Made by a program: the position numbers and the translations under genes. From positions 1 to 60,134 of the forward strand of contig CAZDFQ010000005.1 of assembly GCA_964505005.1 (NCBI GenBank): a DNA stretch of 60,134 nucleotides, given 5' to 3'. The notes beneath the pieces were generated by a model. It was not told the DNA's origin, searched no databases, and worked only from the letters and a program-made list of their open reading frames with translations. Numbering within the stretch: the stretch's first letter is position 1; each line of letters opens with the position of its first letter. Shown one piece after another: positions 58,130 to 60,134 of this stretch. This DNA comes from an uncultured Candidatus Saccharibacteria bacterium (GTDB lineage: Bacteria > Patescibacteriota > Minisyncoccia > UBA6257 > 2-01-FULL-56-20).

Positions 58130-58753
58130 ATGAAGAAGATGTTAGTGGTCGTGGTTGCCGCGCTCGTGTCTGGATGTGCGCCGCAGCAGCTGGGGCAATG
58201 GAACCCGGCTGCCAAATGGATTGAACTGCAGCCAGGCATCCAAGTGGTAGCTTCGCGTCTAGCTGACAGAAAGACCGCCTACTACGCCATCGAGCTACAC
58301 AAGGCGGGCTGGCTGTCTTGGAACGGAGTCATAGACGAGCCCTTGTCGTTGGACGACAAGGGACGGCCGGCGACCCAGGAAGTCGGAGATTTGCTCGGCA
58401 AAAAAACCGAGCAATTATTCGACGAATATGGCATCAGGCTCATCAGGGTAGCGAGCCTGAAAGACGTTCCTGCCGGCAATGTCGCCATTGATATCTGGGT
58501 CGGGGTCAAGACACTCCCGCGTTCTGCCCGGGATGAACAGCGGGGACGAGTTATCCTCGGGGCGGCAACGAGGTGGCTCGTCTACTACAACAGCAGGAAG
58601 GAAGCAGATCTGTATCAACTTGCAACCCAGACGTTGAGCGCTTGGGCCGGGAAAGAAAAGGCCCCGGCGTACTTCGCCGAGACGCTGGCTGATATCCTGA
58701 CAAGCAGGCTTTTCAGCGCCCTTGCTGGCAAGGAACTCAGCCAGGCTAGATAA
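58130..58753 (+). CDS. predicted lipoprotein
   Basis: lipobox LVSG-C; SD AGGAGG; downstream hairpin 58772-58807. Confidence 0.8.
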   Translation: MKKMLVVVVAALVSGCAPQQLGQWNPAAKWIELQPGIQVVASRLADRKTAYYAIELHKAGWLSWNGVIDEPLSLDDKGRPATQEVGDLLGKKTEQLFDEYGIRLIRVASLKDVPAGNVAIDIWVGVKTLPRSARDEQRGRVILGAATRWLVYYNSRKEADLYQLATQTLSAWAGKEKAPAYFAETLADILTSRLFSALAGKELSQAR

Positions 58754-58886
58754 ACTCGCCCAGAGATGAATGCGACCTCGCTTCGAAACGAATCGGAGCG
58801 AGGTCGTCTGCTTTTTTATTATATTATAATTATACATACCAACTTATCCCCAAGCTTATTAATCCGGATATTGTATAATAACCTTG

Positions 58887-60134
58887 ATGCAAAAACTCTA
58901 TCAAAATAAGTTTCTGACCGTTCTTCTGATTTTAGGCGTGCTAATTTTCTCCACCCGGATAGCTGAAGCCAAAGGGGTTTTTAACTGGATAGGGGCGATA
59001 TTAATGATGATTGTTGTGGCAGTCATTGTTTTTGTCCAGCCAGAGCTTATTTTCGGTGCCACCTCAATAATCGGCGCAATCTGGGTTGCTTCGGAAGGTC
59101 TATCAGCAGGGCTTGCTATAGGTTTGGGAATAACAGCAGCCACAATGGTAAGCGTAGGCACTAGCGTAGCTCTATCTTTCGGTTTATGTCAGCTGGGCGT
59201 TGGATCCACCTATTTCACTGGCTGCGCCAGCCGCGGCGGCACGCCGGTTATCCAAATTTCGTCTCAATCAATCTCCAGCTGTTCCTACCAAATACCAATC
59301 AAGTTTTACCTTCCTTCTTTTAACCGCGGTTACGGGGGGCAATACTGCGAGGTTTCGACTCCGTCTAGCGGCGAGTCCGGGACTTCCGAGTGCCTTTCCT
59401 ATAAAAGCTTGGTAAGCGGGACCCAACGTTACAGCGACGAGGTTTGTTCCGTGCCGGCTGCCAATGGGCCTTATGCTAAAGTCAATATTTCTACGGACGG
59501 CGGCCGGAGCTACGCTACCCAGTGCACTCCTGTGGACCAGTACTGCGGTCTTGCAACAATTGACGAAACTCAGAGCAAAATTGCTCTCTACCGCTTATCA
59601 AAACCAGATACGACCAATGAAGACCTCAATCGCTGGTTCTTCGAACAAATAGGAAATCAGGTAGGTAACGGCTTCACGGCTATCACTACTACTGGTGCTG
59701 GTGCCGGCCCTTCGAGCATCTATCACACTGCCAGTGATGTCGGGGCTTTTGCCGTGGTCAATTACGCGGACATCTGCTCCGGCAATGTCTGTGAATTCAA
59801 AGACGGTTCAGCCCCCAATAACTCGGACATTGTTTATGCGGCCAAAATCCTCGGCCAATATCAGGGCTATGTTCCGCCGGCGGAGCCAAGCGGTGGTAGC
59901 CAGCTGCCCGTTCCTTTGGTTTACGCTCAGACCCTTGGCGGCGCTTGCGGCATTGCCGGAGACAACAAATTTCTGAACACCGACAACGCCAATACCGTTA
60001 CTTTTCCCTGGGTAGGCGGCGCGAATTACGGCCAGGGCAATGCCTTTGCCGGGCCTTACAAAACCGAAACCCCTCAATGCCAGCCAGCCCAACCAGTTCC
60101 TACTGTCTCCCTTTCCGTTCTCGGCCCCAATACC
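58887..60134 (+). CDS. secreted Cys-rich surface protein, truncated by the window end
   Basis: ATG at 58887, frame open to the end of the window (absent from the ORF track because it has no stop); signal peptide ending AEA. Confidence 0.8.
   Translation, partial: MQKLYQNKFLTVLLILGVLIFSTRIAEAKGVFNWIGAILMMIVVAVIVFVQPELIFGATSIIGAIWVASEGLSAGLAIGLGITAATMVSVGTSVALSFGLCQLGVGSTYFTGCASRGGTPVIQISSQSISSCSYQIPIKFYLPSFNRGYGGQYCEVSTPSSGESGTSECLSYKSLVSGTQRYSDEVCSVPAANGPYAKVNISTDGGRSYATQCTPVDQYCGLATIDETQSKIALYRLSKPDTTNEDLNRWFFEQIGNQVGNGFTAITTTGAGAGPSSIYHTASDVGAFAVVNYADICSGNVCEFKDGSAPNNSDIVYAAKILGQYQGYVPPAEPSGGSQLPVPLVYAQTLGGACGIAGDNKFLNTDNANTVTFPWVGGANYGQGNAFAGPYKTETPQCQPAQPVPTVSLSVLGPNT

Overview
60 kb of a low-redundancy bacterial chromosome that, from its gene content, is probably Patescibacteria/Parcubacteria (CPR). 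The supporting features are tandem VirB2-like pilins, a pilin-LamG gene, core genes without Shine-Dalgarno (SD) sites and tRNA-Arg(GCG). It uses genetic code 11, with TGA as stop. The backbone carries tyrS, gyrA (with a 450-aa LAGLIDADG intein), rpsO, pnp, recA, ftsK, iscS, htrA, clpB, galU, hup, an ECF sigma factor, comF, an lnt-like gene and four tRNAs. Two things are not explained by the gene list. (1) Two integron-like arrays of self-contained gene cassettes (about 5.0-8.9 kb and 56.8-58.8 kb). Most cassettes consist of a shared AT-rich promoter/leader, a GC-rich gene with a strong SD and a downstream hairpin, and two are bounded by exact 19-bp or 27-bp direct repeats; no integrase is present in the window. 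(2) A dense, nested set of tiny palindromic and 7/9-mer-array elements. The same elements occur between genes and as frame-preserving insertions in gyrA, iscS, pnp, ftsK and an O-antigen-ligase gene. One array family brackets a GxxExxY (PD-(D/E)XK-like) gene, the candidate autonomous element. All calls were made by eye from motifs, with no database searches.
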